Counted from the stretch's first letter, positions 19,199 through 28,672 are shown. The stretch: 40,529 nucleotides of DNA from Thermococcus sp. JdFR-02 (GCA_002009975.1 MTLP01000032.1:127443-167971), one strand, 5' to 3'. A program made the numbers and translations. The notes: a model not told the origin generated them from the letters alone.

Positions 19199-19605
19199 AT
19201 TTAATGAGAGTTGAACTTAAATTCTATCATTTGGAGGAGATACTTAAAAAAGCCAAGGAAAGTAAAATTGAGATCTGCGGATTTCTTCTCGGGCAAAAGA
19301 AAGGAGAAAGTGTCATAATAGAGGAAATAGCTTTTGCTGAGAACAAACTCAACTCACCAGTTGAATTTGAAATTGATCCATTAGAAATCGTGAAAATTCT
19401 CGATTACGCAGATAAAAAAGGTCTTGAACCTGTTGGCTTGTTCCATTCTCATTTATGTAAACCAATACCTTCTGGAAAAGACATTAAAGGCATGAAAAAC
19501 TGGAGAAACATTTGGTTAATAGTTGACAATAGGGGAAATTATGGAGCTTTTGTTTTAAATAAAAACAATAAAATAAAAGAAGTTGAAATTTTAATAAAGA
19601 AGTGA
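19195..19605 (+). CDS. JAMM/MPN+ metalloprotease (desampylase-like)
   Basis: EICGFLLG and FHSHLCKPIPSGKD, matching E-xn-HSH-x7-S-x2-D. Confidence 0.88.
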   Translation: MNLMRVELKFYHLEEILKKAKESKIEICGFLLGQKKGESVIIEEIAFAENKLNSPVEFEIDPLEIVKILDYADKKGLEPVGLFHSHLCKPIPSGKDIKGMKNWRNIWLIVDNRGNYGAFVLNKNNKIKEVEILIKK

Positions 19606-19650
19606 AAAACTTTTAAGATATAAAAGACAAACTATGTTCCTGGTGAAATT

Positions 19651-20145
19651 ATGGATCCAAAAGCGAAGGATGCGATGATGATGCTAAAAAATTCATCGCC
19701 AGAAGTCATAATAAGCTGTGTAATAATAAATGAAACAAAGGAAATGGAACTGTATAAAATGCTTTCTCATATTGCGCCTGAAGTAGACGGAGCAATCTTT
19801 TTTTCTGGACTCTCAAAAGAAGTTAAAAGAGTAAAGGAATTCTTAGAGAAAGTTTACGGCAATCTTTTTCCAGAAATTGATATTGTGGAAGATGTTCCAA
19901 CTCCGGTCAATCTCATAAATCCCGAGGAGTATTTGGAGGTTGAGAGTTATGAGAGTCTTCTCCATGCTCTTCTGGATGTTGAAGAAGAGGTGGTAAGATT
20001 TTATAGGGAACTTTCAGGAAGTTGTAGTGATAACGATTTAAAGAAGCTTTTGGAGTTCTTATCTCAAATAAAAGAGCGTCATAGAGACCTAATAAGAGCA
20101 GAATATGAGCTATATAAAAAATTAAAAGGAGCTAATCGATCTTAA
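19651..20145 (+). CDS. Ferritin-like/rubrerythrin-related protein
   Basis: Four-helix pattern ALLDVEEEVVRFYREL...KERHRDLI; GGTGA RBS. Confidence 0.7.
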   Translation: MDPKAKDAMMMLKNSSPEVIISCVIINETKEMELYKMLSHIAPEVDGAIFFSGLSKEVKRVKEFLEKVYGNLFPEIDIVEDVPTPVNLINPEEYLEVESYESLLHALLDVEEEVVRFYRELSGSCSDNDLKKLLEFLSQIKERHRDLIRAEYELYKKLKGANRS

Positions 20146-20860
20146 TCTCAATCCTACCTTCTCTGTAACCTTTCATCGAAGAAAGCAACCCCCTTATGGT
20201 TTTTTCAACCATTTCCTGAACCCAATCTTTCATGGGTAAAACTTTGCCATCAATTTTGACTGTCACCTTAGGCTTTGAACTCAAAACAACACAATCTTTG
20301 AGGGTCTTTTCTCCTTTAACAATTAGTTTAGCCATGTTATAACAATCAAAGCCGCACATATGGCAATCAATATTTGGAAGAATAAACCCCCTTTTCTCAA
20401 TTAAATCTGCAAGTGCTTCTGGTTTTGTTAGAGCGTTTATTATTGGCAAACCTCTAACTTCACCTTCCATTTCATTAGCGAAGACTCCACTGACGGCTAT
20501 TGCCAATTCATCATATAATTCTTCAATGTCCTGCTTGTTTCTTGCACAAATTATTTTTGGAACATGTTTAATGGATTTAAATCCCTCTAAGAGCAAGAAA
20601 TCAACATCAGGCATCATAGAAAGGAAACCATTCAGGTCTCTGTTTTTAAAAAGTAATGCCTCTGTATCATTGGCTTTAACTAAAACGTAGTCAGCTATCT
20701 GGTTAAAGCGCCAAGTATCTGATCCTTCCCTATCAAAATTGGCATGCATACTTTTTGCTATCCCAACTCTATAACCTCGCTCCGTCAAAACCTTTGCAAC
20801 TTTTTCAATAACAACAGTTTTTCCACTTTTTTTGAATCCCACAAAAGCAACAGCCTTCAT
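20132..20860 (-). CDS. mobB: Molybdopterin-guanine dinucleotide biosynthesis protein B with an Fe-S domain
   Basis: GFKKSGKT, DREGSDTWR, LLEGFK; C-terminal CHMCGFDC...DC. Confidence 0.9.
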   Translation of the reverse strand: MKAVAFVGFKKSGKTVVIEKVAKVLTERGYRVGIAKSMHANFDREGSDTWRFNQIADYVLVKANDTEALLFKNRDLNGFLSMMPDVDFLLLEGFKSIKHVPKIICARNKQDIEELYDELAIAVSGVFANEMEGEVRGLPIINALTKPEALADLIEKRGFILPNIDCHMCGFDCYNMAKLIVKGEKTLKDCVVLSSKPKVTVKIDGKVLPMKDWVQEMVEKTIRGLLSSMKGYREGRIEIKID

Positions 20861-20869
20861 TTAATCACC

Positions 20870-21094
20870 TCACTCTAACAGCATTAACCAGTTCATATCA
20901 TCAATTTTGACAATTAGGGCTTTCCCTTTATTACCCGCTATGTCAATGACATCTTCCAAAACCAGTATTTCCTCGTCAAATTCTTTTAAAATTCCTGTGA
21001 AAATATGATCACTATTAACTGAAACAGCAACCTTTTTTCCCACCCACCCCTTTAAAGTCTCATCAAGTAGAAAGGTCTTCACTTCTTCAACCAT
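20870..21094 (-). CDS. Sm-like (LSm) protein
   Basis: Sm1 motif GKKVAVSV...FTGILKEFDEEILVLEDV; ATG 21094 behind GGTGGTGA. Confidence 0.75.
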   Translation of the reverse strand: MVEEVKTFLLDETLKGWVGKKVAVSVNSDHIFTGILKEFDEEILVLEDVIDIAGNKGKALIVKIDDMNWLMLLE

Positions 21095-21127
21095 TCTCAC
21101 CACCTTGCTAAGATTAGCATAAAAGGA

Positions 21128-21133
21128 TTTAAA
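21128..21133. promoter_or_regulatory. Palindromic TATA box (TTTAAA), probably shared by the divergent LSm and sRNA genes
   Basis: A-rich BRE-like flanks on both strands; about 25 nt from both the box C and the LSm leader. Confidence 0.5.
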
Positions 21134-21152
21134 GTTGTTTGTTTGAATAAAA

Positions 21153-21208
21153 TTTAGTGATGAACCTTTGACATGCTGAGTAGTGATGAATACGGGAGTG
21201 TCTGATCA
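21153..21208 (+). ncRNA. Box C/D methylation-guide sRNA
   Basis: C GTGATGA 21157-63; 12-nt guide ACCTTTGACATG; D' CTGA 21176-79; C' GTGATGA 21183-89; 12-nt guide ATACGGGAGTGT; D CTGA 21202-05. Confidence 0.93.
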
Positions 21209-21901
21209 AATTTTAATAATCTTTGCTTTTCCATTTTTTTCAAGCCAATCTAAGAGTTTTTGGGCAAATTCAAACTTTTTCCTCTTAGTTTCCCATATTG
21301 GAACATGATTTGAGAAATTGGGCTTACTCCACTTCCCAACTATTTCACCAAAATCAAAACCTATTAGATAAATTTCTTTAGCACCCAAGGCTTCAGCTAA
21401 GAAAGCGGCTCTATCCCCATCTGTAAAACCGCCAAAGTTGTAAATTATGTCTAAAGGCTCAGTTTGGCAAGTTCCAAGAACATTTTTGAGCCTTGGAACA
21501 AGAGCTCTAAGCTTTTCAATATTATCACCATGAGCATGAACCACAACAAACGCTCCTAACTCATTTGCTTCCTTTATATCTTCAAAACGCCCATCTAAAT
21601 CGGTGACAATTATGTGGGGAGTTAAGCCATATTCAAGAAGAGCAGAGGTTGCACCATCAGCAGCAATAAAAGTTCCTTCTTCAAAGTTATAACACTTTAA
21701 TGCATCTTCTAAGCTTGGAGCGGCACCAAAAATATAAACATTCCCTTTAATGACACGCTTAAGAGTTTCAGCATCTATATAATTCTGATTTTCGATTAGA
21801 AGCTCTCTCAATATGAAAGATGCTTCTCTATCCTCCTTTGAGTTAAATCCCATAACCCTTACAATCTCGTCGTAAAATGGTTTCCATTCTTTCCATCTCA
21901 T
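21206..21901 (-). CDS. mptE: 6-hydroxymethyl-7,8-dihydropterin pyrophosphokinase (DUF115)
   Basis: IAADGA, IVTDLDG, VHAHGDN, NFGGFTDGDRA, GFDFG. Real start MRWKEW at 21901. Confidence 0.88.
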   Translation of the reverse strand: MRWKEWKPFYDEIVRVMGFNSKEDREASFILRELLIENQNYIDAETLKRVIKGNVYIFGAAPSLEDALKCYNFEEGTFIAADGATSALLEYGLTPHIIVTDLDGRFEDIKEANELGAFVVVHAHGDNIEKLRALVPRLKNVLGTCQTEPLDIIYNFGGFTDGDRAAFLAEALGAKEIYLIGFDFGEIVGKWSKPNFSNHVPIWETKRKKFEFAQKLLDWLEKNGKAKIIKI

Positions 21902-21984
21902 GTTCTTAAATTTAGCATTACTTTTTAAATTTGCTTTGTTTATTTGGTACCATCTTGAATCCATTAAATGCTCAAATTTGTTAC

Positions 21985-22016
21985 TTTTAACATAATTATG
22001 TTGAAAAAATTTAAAT
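21985..22016 (+). promoter_or_regulatory. Palindromic operator abutting the BRE/TATA of the dpp operon
   Basis: Perfect 14-bp palindrome AACATAATTATGTT at 21989-22002, followed by GAAAAAATTTAAAT. Confidence 0.65.
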
Positions 22017-22052
22017 CCATCAATGCTCTTTACTACTCTTTGGTGAACTAAT

Positions 22053-23624
22053 ATGAAGAAGCCAGTACTTTCTTTGTTCTTAGTTAGCTTGTTTGTACTT
22101 GCAGTTGTTGCCAGTGGGTGTATTGGTGGAAAAGAAACAACACCTACCACAACTACAGGATATGCCGAACAAATAGTGATTGGTGTTACTGATAAAGTTA
22201 CAGATTTAGATCCAGCAAATGCATATGATTTCTATACGTGGGAAGTTTTGAACAACGTTATGGAGGGTTTAGTAAAATATAAGCCCGGAACCTTAGAGAT
22301 TGAACCTGCTTTAGCTGAAAAATGGGAGGTAAGTGAAGACTCCAAAGTTTGGACGTTCTATCTAAGAAAAGATGCTAAATTTGCAGATGGAACACCTCTA
22401 AAGGCTCAAGATGTTGTTAGAAGCATTGAAAGAGTTATGAAAATTAACGGAGACCCAGCATGGTTAGTTACAGACTTTGTTGAAAAAGTGGAAGCAAAAG
22501 ATGATTATACCGTTGTGTTCTACTTGAAAGACTCCATATCCTACTTCTTAGCCTTGTTAACAACTCCCCCCTACTTCCCTGTACATCCAAATTATAAACC
22601 AGACGCTATTGATTCAGATCAAACAGCTGGAGGAGCTGGACCATATAAGATCGCAAAGTGGGTCAGAGATGAAGAGTTAGTTTTAGAGGTTAATCCAAAC
22701 TATTACGGTGAGAAGCCAAAGACTCAAAAGATTATTATCAAATTCTATAGAGATGCCTCAACTATGAGATTAGCCCTTCAAAATGGAGAAATAGACATAG
22801 CTTGGAGAACTTTAAGACCAACTGACATTGAGAGCATAAAGAAAGAAGGGAAGTTCAGTGTTATTGAAGTTCCTGGAGGTTTCATAAGATATCTATGTTT
22901 AAACACTCAAAAAGACCCAACTAAAGATGTAAAAGTCAGACAAGCCCTAGCAGCAGCAATTGATAGGCAAGATATTTCAAACAAAGTGTTTAAAGGAACT
23001 GTTGAGCCATTGTACAGCTTGATTCCAAACGGAATGTGGTCACACATCGATGTATTCAAAGAGAAATATGGTGATGCAAACGTTGACTTAGCAAAGAAAC
23101 TCCTAAAGGAAGCTGGCTATGATGAGAACAATCCACTTCAAATAGAACTTTGGTACACTCCAACTCACTATGGTGACACAGAGGCAGATTTAGCCCAAGT
23201 GTTAAAGGAACAATGGGAGAACACTGGAGTGATTAAAGTTGAGATAAAGAGTGCTGAATGGGGAACCTACGTTGACTACGCGAGAAAAGGTCAAATGATG
23301 GTGTATCTTTTAGGTTGGTATCCAGACTACTTAGACCCCGATGACTATACAACACCCTTCCTAAAGAGTGGCGCCAATAAGTGGACTGGGACTGGATACA
23401 GCAACCCAACTATGGATGAAATACTAACAAAAGCTCAAACAATTGTTGATCAAAAAGAGAGAGCTAAGTTCTATGAACAAGCTCAAAAAATCTTAGCTGA
23501 AGATGTTCCATTTATCCCATTAATACAAGGAAAACTCTACGTTGTCACAAGTCCAAAGGTTAAGGGAGTTGTCATTGGCCCAGACATGATCTTTAAGTAC
23601 TACACCCTCTATAAAGAGGCTTGA
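22053..23624 (+). CDS. dppA: Peptide/nickel ABC transporter substrate-binding lipoprotein
   Basis: Lipobox ASGC, LDPA, EPALAEKW, KFADGTP and GWYPDYLDP (SBP family 5). Confidence 0.92.
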   Translation: MKKPVLSLFLVSLFVLAVVASGCIGGKETTPTTTTGYAEQIVIGVTDKVTDLDPANAYDFYTWEVLNNVMEGLVKYKPGTLEIEPALAEKWEVSEDSKVWTFYLRKDAKFADGTPLKAQDVVRSIERVMKINGDPAWLVTDFVEKVEAKDDYTVVFYLKDSISYFLALLTTPPYFPVHPNYKPDAIDSDQTAGGAGPYKIAKWVRDEELVLEVNPNYYGEKPKTQKIIIKFYRDASTMRLALQNGEIDIAWRTLRPTDIESIKKEGKFSVIEVPGGFIRYLCLNTQKDPTKDVKVRQALAAAIDRQDISNKVFKGTVEPLYSLIPNGMWSHIDVFKEKYGDANVDLAKKLLKEAGYDENNPLQIELWYTPTHYGDTEADLAQVLKEQWENTGVIKVEIKSAEWGTYVDYARKGQMMVYLLGWYPDYLDPDDYTTPFLKSGANKWTGTGYSNPTMDEILTKAQTIVDQKERAKFYEQAQKILAEDVPFIPLIQGKLYVVTSPKVKGVVIGPDMIFKYYTLYKEA

Positions 23625-23651
23625 GCTTTTCTTTTCTTTATCTTTCTTCTT
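23625..23651 (+). terminator. Oligo-T terminator between dppA and dppB
   Basis: GCTTTTCTTTTCTTTATCTTTCTTCTT directly after the stop codon. Confidence 0.55.
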
Positions 23652-23674
23652 ATCAAAACCTACGGGTGGTTTAA

Positions 23675-24694
23675 ATGGCGAGGGGAGTTGGAAGTTACAT
23701 AATAATAAGAGGTTTAATGATCATTCCCACGATTTTGATCCTCTATACAATTGTATTCATCTTTTTAAGAATTTTACCTGGTGATCCTATTTTAGCTGTT
23801 GTTGGAACTAAAAATATTCCTCCCGAGCAGTTAGCCCACTTAAGAGCTATGGCTGGTCTTGATAAGCCATTATATGTACAATATTTTGATTACCTCTTTA
23901 GGATGATTAGAGGTGATTTTGGAGTTACATTAGCTTTCCCACAAGGAAAGCCCGTTTGGGAATACTTAAAGCTCAGATTTCCCGCAACCTTGGAATTAAC
24001 TATCTTCTCGTTCACAGTTAGTGTGTTGTTGGGTTTAATAACCGGTGTAATTGCTGCTAAAAATAAGGGAACAAAGATTGACACATCTATGCGGATTTAC
24101 AGCATAGTTGCGTATACCCTTTTTATTCCATGGTTTGGTATGATGCTTCAATATTTATTTGGAGTTCACTTCCATCTCTTGCCAACTTCTGGAAGAATTG
24201 ACCCTGGAATAGATTTGCAAAGAATAACTGGTCTCTATGTTTTGGATAGCATTTTAACAGGCAACTGGGAAGCATTTACAAGTGCAATAAGACACTTAGT
24301 TTTGCCAAGCATAACCTTAGGAATGGTTTTGAGTGGAGCATATACAAGGTTGGTCAGGAACAACATGGTAGATGTTTTGAGCCAAGATTTCATACGCTCC
24401 TACCATGCGAGAGGTGTTAAGCACTGGAAAGTGACCCTCTATGCTCTAAAAAATGCGTTTATTCCAGTGATAACTTTAATGGGGCTTCAATTCGCAATCC
24501 TCTTAGGTGGTGCAGTTTTAACAGAAACTACATTTAGTTGGCCCGGAATGGGGACATTCATAGTGGATAGAATTGATTATAGAGATTACAATGCTATTCA
24601 GGGTGCAGTTGTTTTCTTTGCATTCTTCGTGGGCTTGATAAGCTTAGTGGTTGACGTGATTTATGCTCTCCTTGATCCAAGGGTGAAGTATTGA
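23675..24694 (+). CDS. dppB: Peptide ABC transporter permease
   Basis: LPGDP, GLDKPLYVQY, RFPATLEL, ETTFSWPGMG. Confidence 0.93.
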   Translation: MARGVGSYIIIRGLMIIPTILILYTIVFIFLRILPGDPILAVVGTKNIPPEQLAHLRAMAGLDKPLYVQYFDYLFRMIRGDFGVTLAFPQGKPVWEYLKLRFPATLELTIFSFTVSVLLGLITGVIAAKNKGTKIDTSMRIYSIVAYTLFIPWFGMMLQYLFGVHFHLLPTSGRIDPGIDLQRITGLYVLDSILTGNWEAFTSAIRHLVLPSITLGMVLSGAYTRLVRNNMVDVLSQDFIRSYHARGVKHWKVTLYALKNAFIPVITLMGLQFAILLGGAVLTETTFSWPGMGTFIVDRIDYRDYNAIQGAVVFFAFFVGLISLVVDVIYALLDPRVKY

Positions 24695-24704
24695 GGTGAT
24701 TTAA

Positions 24705-25553
24705 ATGGAGATCATAACTAAAATTGTGCATCCAATTTTTGAGAAAAAGCCTGGAAGAGGGCTTTTAATTTTTGGTTTAGCAATTGTGATCATAGTGATT
24801 TTAATGGCAATTTTTGCTCCACTTATAGCTCCATATGATCCAACTAAAACAAGCGATGATTCTTTTCAACCCCCAAGTGCTGAGCATTTAATGGGGACAA
24901 ACAGGTTAGGACAAGACGTTTTCTCAAGGATCGTTTGGGGTTCAAGAATAGTTCTTTATGTTGTTTTTATCGCAACCCTGCTTTCAATGAGCATAGGAAT
25001 TCCCCTTGGACTAATATCTGGTTATCATGGCGGAAAAATCGATAGAGCTTTAAGTATCATAATGGACAGCATCTATGCATTCCCTGCATTAATTTTAGCT
25101 ATAGTTATTGCTGTAGTCCTTGGTCCAAGCCCTATAAACACGGCAATAGCAATCTCATTTGTTTACGTTCCAACTTACTTTAGAATGGTTAGGGGACAGA
25201 CCTTAAGTTTAAAGGAACAACTATTTGTTGAAGCAGCAAGAGCAATTGGTGCAAGGGACAAGGAAATAATGGTGAAATATATATTGCCAAACTTAGCTCC
25301 AACCGTTTTGGTTGTGTTTACATTAAGTGTTGCAGATGCTATTTTAACAGAAGCTGGATTAAGCTTTCTAGGTTTATCCGTAACTCCTCCAACGCCAGAC
25401 TGGGGATACGATCTTAGGGTAGGACAACCATTCCTTTTGGATGGCTATTGGTGGTTAGTATTTTTCCCTGGAGCTATGATCATGCTTTTAGCAATGGCGT
25501 TCGCTTTGATAGGGGAGGCTTTAAGCGAAAGGATTTCCTTAGCAACGAGGTGA
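24705..25553 (+). CDS. dppC: Peptide ABC transporter permease
   Basis: APYDP, HLMGTNRLGQDVFSR, EAARAIGA, EAGLSFLGL. Confidence 0.93.
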   Translation: MEIITKIVHPIFEKKPGRGLLIFGLAIVIIVILMAIFAPLIAPYDPTKTSDDSFQPPSAEHLMGTNRLGQDVFSRIVWGSRIVLYVVFIATLLSMSIGIPLGLISGYHGGKIDRALSIIMDSIYAFPALILAIVIAVVLGPSPINTAIAISFVYVPTYFRMVRGQTLSLKEQLFVEAARAIGARDKEIMVKYILPNLAPTVLVVFTLSVADAILTEAGLSFLGLSVTPPTPDWGYDLRVGQPFLLDGYWWLVFFPGAMIMLLAMAFALIGEALSERISLATR

Positions 25554-25558
25554 GCAAA

Positions 25559-26530
25559 ATGAAAACAATAATTGATGTTAAAAATCTCAGCATTTATTAT
25601 TATACCTTAGCTGGAATTGTTAGGGCGGTTGAAAATGTATCCTTTAGTATAGGAGAAAAGGAATGGGTTAGCTTTGTTGGAGAGAGCGGTAGTGGAAAAT
25701 CAACAGTAGCCTATGCAATTCTTAACTTAGTACCCTCTCCAGGAAAAATTGTTAATGGAAAAGTTGTCTTTAATGGGAAAAACCTATTAGAGCTTGATGA
25801 AGAAGAAATGCGGCAGATTAGGGGAAAAGAGATAAGCATGGTGTTCCAAGATCCAATGACAAGCCTAGATCCTTTAAGAAAAGTTGGAGACCAGATAGCA
25901 GAGGTTTTAATAGAACATGGAGCTGAGAAGGAAGAAGCATTTGAAAGGGCAAAGGAGCTTTTGAGGATGGTTAACCTCCCAGAAGATAGAATAAACTACT
26001 ATCCTCACCAACTCAGTGGAGGTCAAAGGCAAAGGGTTGCAATTGCGATGGCTATGGCTTTCCATCCAAAGCTCCTTATAGCAGACGAACCAACAACGGC
26101 TTTAGATGTTATAGTTCAAGACTCTATAATGGACTTAATTGCAACATTAAAGTCCAAAGGGACAAGTATTTTCTTTGTTACCCACGATATCTCCTTAGCT
26201 GCTGAGAGGAGCGATAAAATAGCCGTAATGTATGCAGGGAAATTGGTTGAATTTGGAAAGGTTGAACAAATACTTGATAATCCTTTGCATCCTTACACAA
26301 AAGCTTTGCTTGAAAGTGTTCCAGATGTGTGGAGCGAAAGGAAAGTTAGTGCTATCCCTGGCTATCCACCAGATTTAAGGAATCCACCAAAAGGATGTCG
26401 TTTCCATCCGAGATGTACAATCTTCAAGATAAAGAAAGAGCTTCACGGAATATGCAACGAGTTAGAGACAGAACTAATTGAAGTAGAAAAAGATCACTTT
26501 GTTGCCTGCCACCTTTATAGGAGGAGATGA
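25559..26530 (+). CDS. dppD: Peptide ABC transporter ATP-binding protein
   Basis: GESGSGKS, LSGGQRQR, ADEPTTALD, HPYT, GCRFHPRC. Start ATG 25559 behind GAGGTGA. Confidence 0.93.
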   Translation: MKTIIDVKNLSIYYYTLAGIVRAVENVSFSIGEKEWVSFVGESGSGKSTVAYAILNLVPSPGKIVNGKVVFNGKNLLELDEEEMRQIRGKEISMVFQDPMTSLDPLRKVGDQIAEVLIEHGAEKEEAFERAKELLRMVNLPEDRINYYPHQLSGGQRQRVAIAMAMAFHPKLLIADEPTTALDVIVQDSIMDLIATLKSKGTSIFFVTHDISLAAERSDKIAVMYAGKLVEFGKVEQILDNPLHPYTKALLESVPDVWSERKVSAIPGYPPDLRNPPKGCRFHPRCTIFKIKKELHGICNELETELIEVEKDHFVACHLYRRR

Positions 26531-27522
26531 AAATGAGTGAGCTCTTGAGAGTTGAGCATCTTAAGAAGTATTTCCCTGTAAAACGAAGCATCTTAGAAGT
26601 TCTAACCAAAAAAGAAGAGAAGTTTGTGAGAGCAGTTGATGATATTAGTTTTAGCATCGAAAGAGGTGAAACCTTAGCTTTAATTGGAGAAAGCGGTTGT
26701 GGTAAAACAACAACTGGAAGGGTTATTTTAAGACTAATTGAGCCAACAGAAGGTAAGATAATCTTTGACGGAATTGATATTACTAAATTAGGAAAAGAAC
26801 AGCTTAGAGAAATAAGAAAAAGGATGCAGATGGTTTTCCAAGATCCATATGCAAGTTTAAGTCCAAGAATGAAGATTGGAGATGCCATAGCACATCCACT
26901 TCTAATTCACGGATTAGCTGATAAAGAAGAAGCTAAAGAATTAGCATTACAAATGCTTAAAAGAGTTGGATTAACGCCAGAAGATGAGTTCTACAACCGT
27001 TATCCTCACCACCTAAGTGGAGGACAAAGACAGAGGGTCGTTATTGCAAGGGCAATGATTCTAAAGCCAGATTTTGTTGTAGCAGATGAAGCGGTTTCAA
27101 TGATCGACGTTTCAATGAGGGCTTCAATTTTAGAACTTCTAGAGAGCTTTAGGGAGGAATACAACTTAACAATGCTTTTCATAACTCACGATATAGCGGT
27201 AGCTAAGCTCATAGCAGATAGAATTGCGGTTATGTATCTAGGTAAAATCGTGGAAATTGGACCAACAGATGAAGTTTTGAATAATCCAGCACACCCATAT
27301 ACTTTAGCGCTAATTCAAGCTGTGCCTTCAATCGTTAAACGGGAAAAGAAGAAGATGATCGAGATTACCGGTGAAGTTCCAAATGCTGTAAATCCACCGA
27401 GTGGCTGTAGATTCCACCCAAGATGTCCCTTTGCAGATGAACTTTGTAAAACTAAGGAGCCAGAGCTAATCGAGATTGGCAAAAATCACTTTGTTGCTTG
27501 TCACCATCCCGTAAAAGATTAA
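26527..27522 (+). CDS. dppF: Peptide ABC transporter ATP-binding protein
   Basis: GESGCGKT, LSGGQRQR, GCRFHPRC, VACH. Confidence 0.93.
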   Translation: MKMSELLRVEHLKKYFPVKRSILEVLTKKEEKFVRAVDDISFSIERGETLALIGESGCGKTTTGRVILRLIEPTEGKIIFDGIDITKLGKEQLREIRKRMQMVFQDPYASLSPRMKIGDAIAHPLLIHGLADKEEAKELALQMLKRVGLTPEDEFYNRYPHHLSGGQRQRVVIARAMILKPDFVVADEAVSMIDVSMRASILELLESFREEYNLTMLFITHDIAVAKLIADRIAVMYLGKIVEIGPTDEVLNNPAHPYTLALIQAVPSIVKREKKKMIEITGEVPNAVNPPSGCRFHPRCPFADELCKTKEPELIEIGKNHFVACHHPVKD

Positions 27523-27995
27523 CTCCGTTTATTCTTATTTCTCAGCTTTCTATCAATCTTTATCATCTCGTTCCATTGTCTGCCGGGCCAATAAATTTGA
27601 CCACATTTTGTGCACACATAGAATTCATCATACTTCGCATAGACGTTATGCGGTACTTTAGATTTAATCTCCTCTTTTTCAGCTTTTCTTATTAAACCAT
27701 TACACTTCGGACATCTTGCATTTGGTGGAAAAAGCTCCTCAAAAGTAAAGCCAAAATTTTTGAGCTCTTCAAACTGTTCTTCAAGCTTGTTTGAGCGTAA
27801 AAGAATGACTCTTCTGCTCCTTTCAGCGAGTCCGCTATCTCTCGTTAGAATTAATCTATCTTCCTCCTCCGCTATCTTTAAAATCTCGTCATCATCAACT
27901 AAGCCATAGATAACATCATAACCATAAAGTCTTAACCATCTAGCCAATCTTCCAAGCATTGCATCAGCTATCAGTTTTGGTTTCATTCTCATCAA
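27519..27995 (-). CDS. Mut7-C RNase domain protein (PIN-like with Zn ribbon)
   Basis: DAMLGRLARWLR..GYD, LTRD, RCPKCNG, CTKCGQIYWPG. The exact start is uncertain. Confidence 0.88.
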   Translation of the reverse strand: MMRMKPKLIADAMLGRLARWLRLYGYDVIYGLVDDDEILKIAEEEDRLILTRDSGLAERSRRVILLRSNKLEEQFEELKNFGFTFEELFPPNARCPKCNGLIRKAEKEEIKSKVPHNVYAKYDEFYVCTKCGQIYWPGRQWNEMIKIDRKLRNKNKRS

Positions 27996-28078
27996 AAATA
28001 TTGGTTTGTCTTTAAGCTAAAAAGCTCTTTTGGTAAAGGCTAAAATATTAAAATTTGAAGCACAGAGTTTATCAAGTG

Positions 28079-28672
28079 ATGAAAATGATACTGAAATTAG
28101 CCAAGAAAAGAAAGACTGTTAGAAAGTTTAAACAAGAAAATGTTCCTGTTGAAAAACTTTTAAAATGTATTGAAATTGCAAAAGAGGCTCCTTCTGGAAT
28201 GAATGCTCAACCATGGCATTTTCTGATAGTCAGTGACCCAATAGTTAAGGCAAATATAAGAAGGATGTGTGAAGATGGTGAAAAGACTTTTTATGAAAGG
28301 GTTAAAGGAGAGTTGGGAGAATGGCTTAAAGATAAAGGATTTACTTGGAAAAAGCCGTTCTTAGAGGAAGCACAGCTTTTGCTTTTAGTGTTCTCCTACA
28401 CAAAGGCTCCATATTCAAAGGAGTCAACTTGGTTAGCTATTGGATACCTTTTGCTTGCCCTTGAAGAAGAGGGATTAGGAACAGTTACATATACTCCATC
28501 AAATCCAGGAGAAATTGCAAAATTAGTGGGGGCACCAAAAGAATATAGGCTTGAGACAATTCTGCCCATCGGTTATCCTAACGATAAAAAGCCCAAAGAG
28601 CCTAGGAAAAATCTTGAAGAGATTGTGAGTATGAACAAATTTGAGAATAACATTCAGCCCTTATTCCATTAA
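28079..28672 (+). CDS. Nitroreductase-superfamily flavoprotein, iodotyrosine deiodinase-like
   Basis: RKTVRKF and APSGMNAQPW; lid E-x3-Y (EKTFY) and W-x-K (TWKKPFL); TVTYTP. Confidence 0.8.
   Translation: MKMILKLAKKRKTVRKFKQENVPVEKLLKCIEIAKEAPSGMNAQPWHFLIVSDPIVKANIRRMCEDGEKTFYERVKGELGEWLKDKGFTWKKPFLEEAQLLLLVFSYTKAPYSKESTWLAIGYLLLALEEEGLGTVTYTPSNPGEIAKLVGAPKEYRLETILPIGYPNDKKPKEPRKNLEEIVSMNKFENNIQPLFH

Noticed and set aside
21902-22150. N-terminal extension of the 314-aa mptE ORF
   Set aside because: It runs through the divergent promoter and into dppA. The family sequence begins at MRWKEW (21901).
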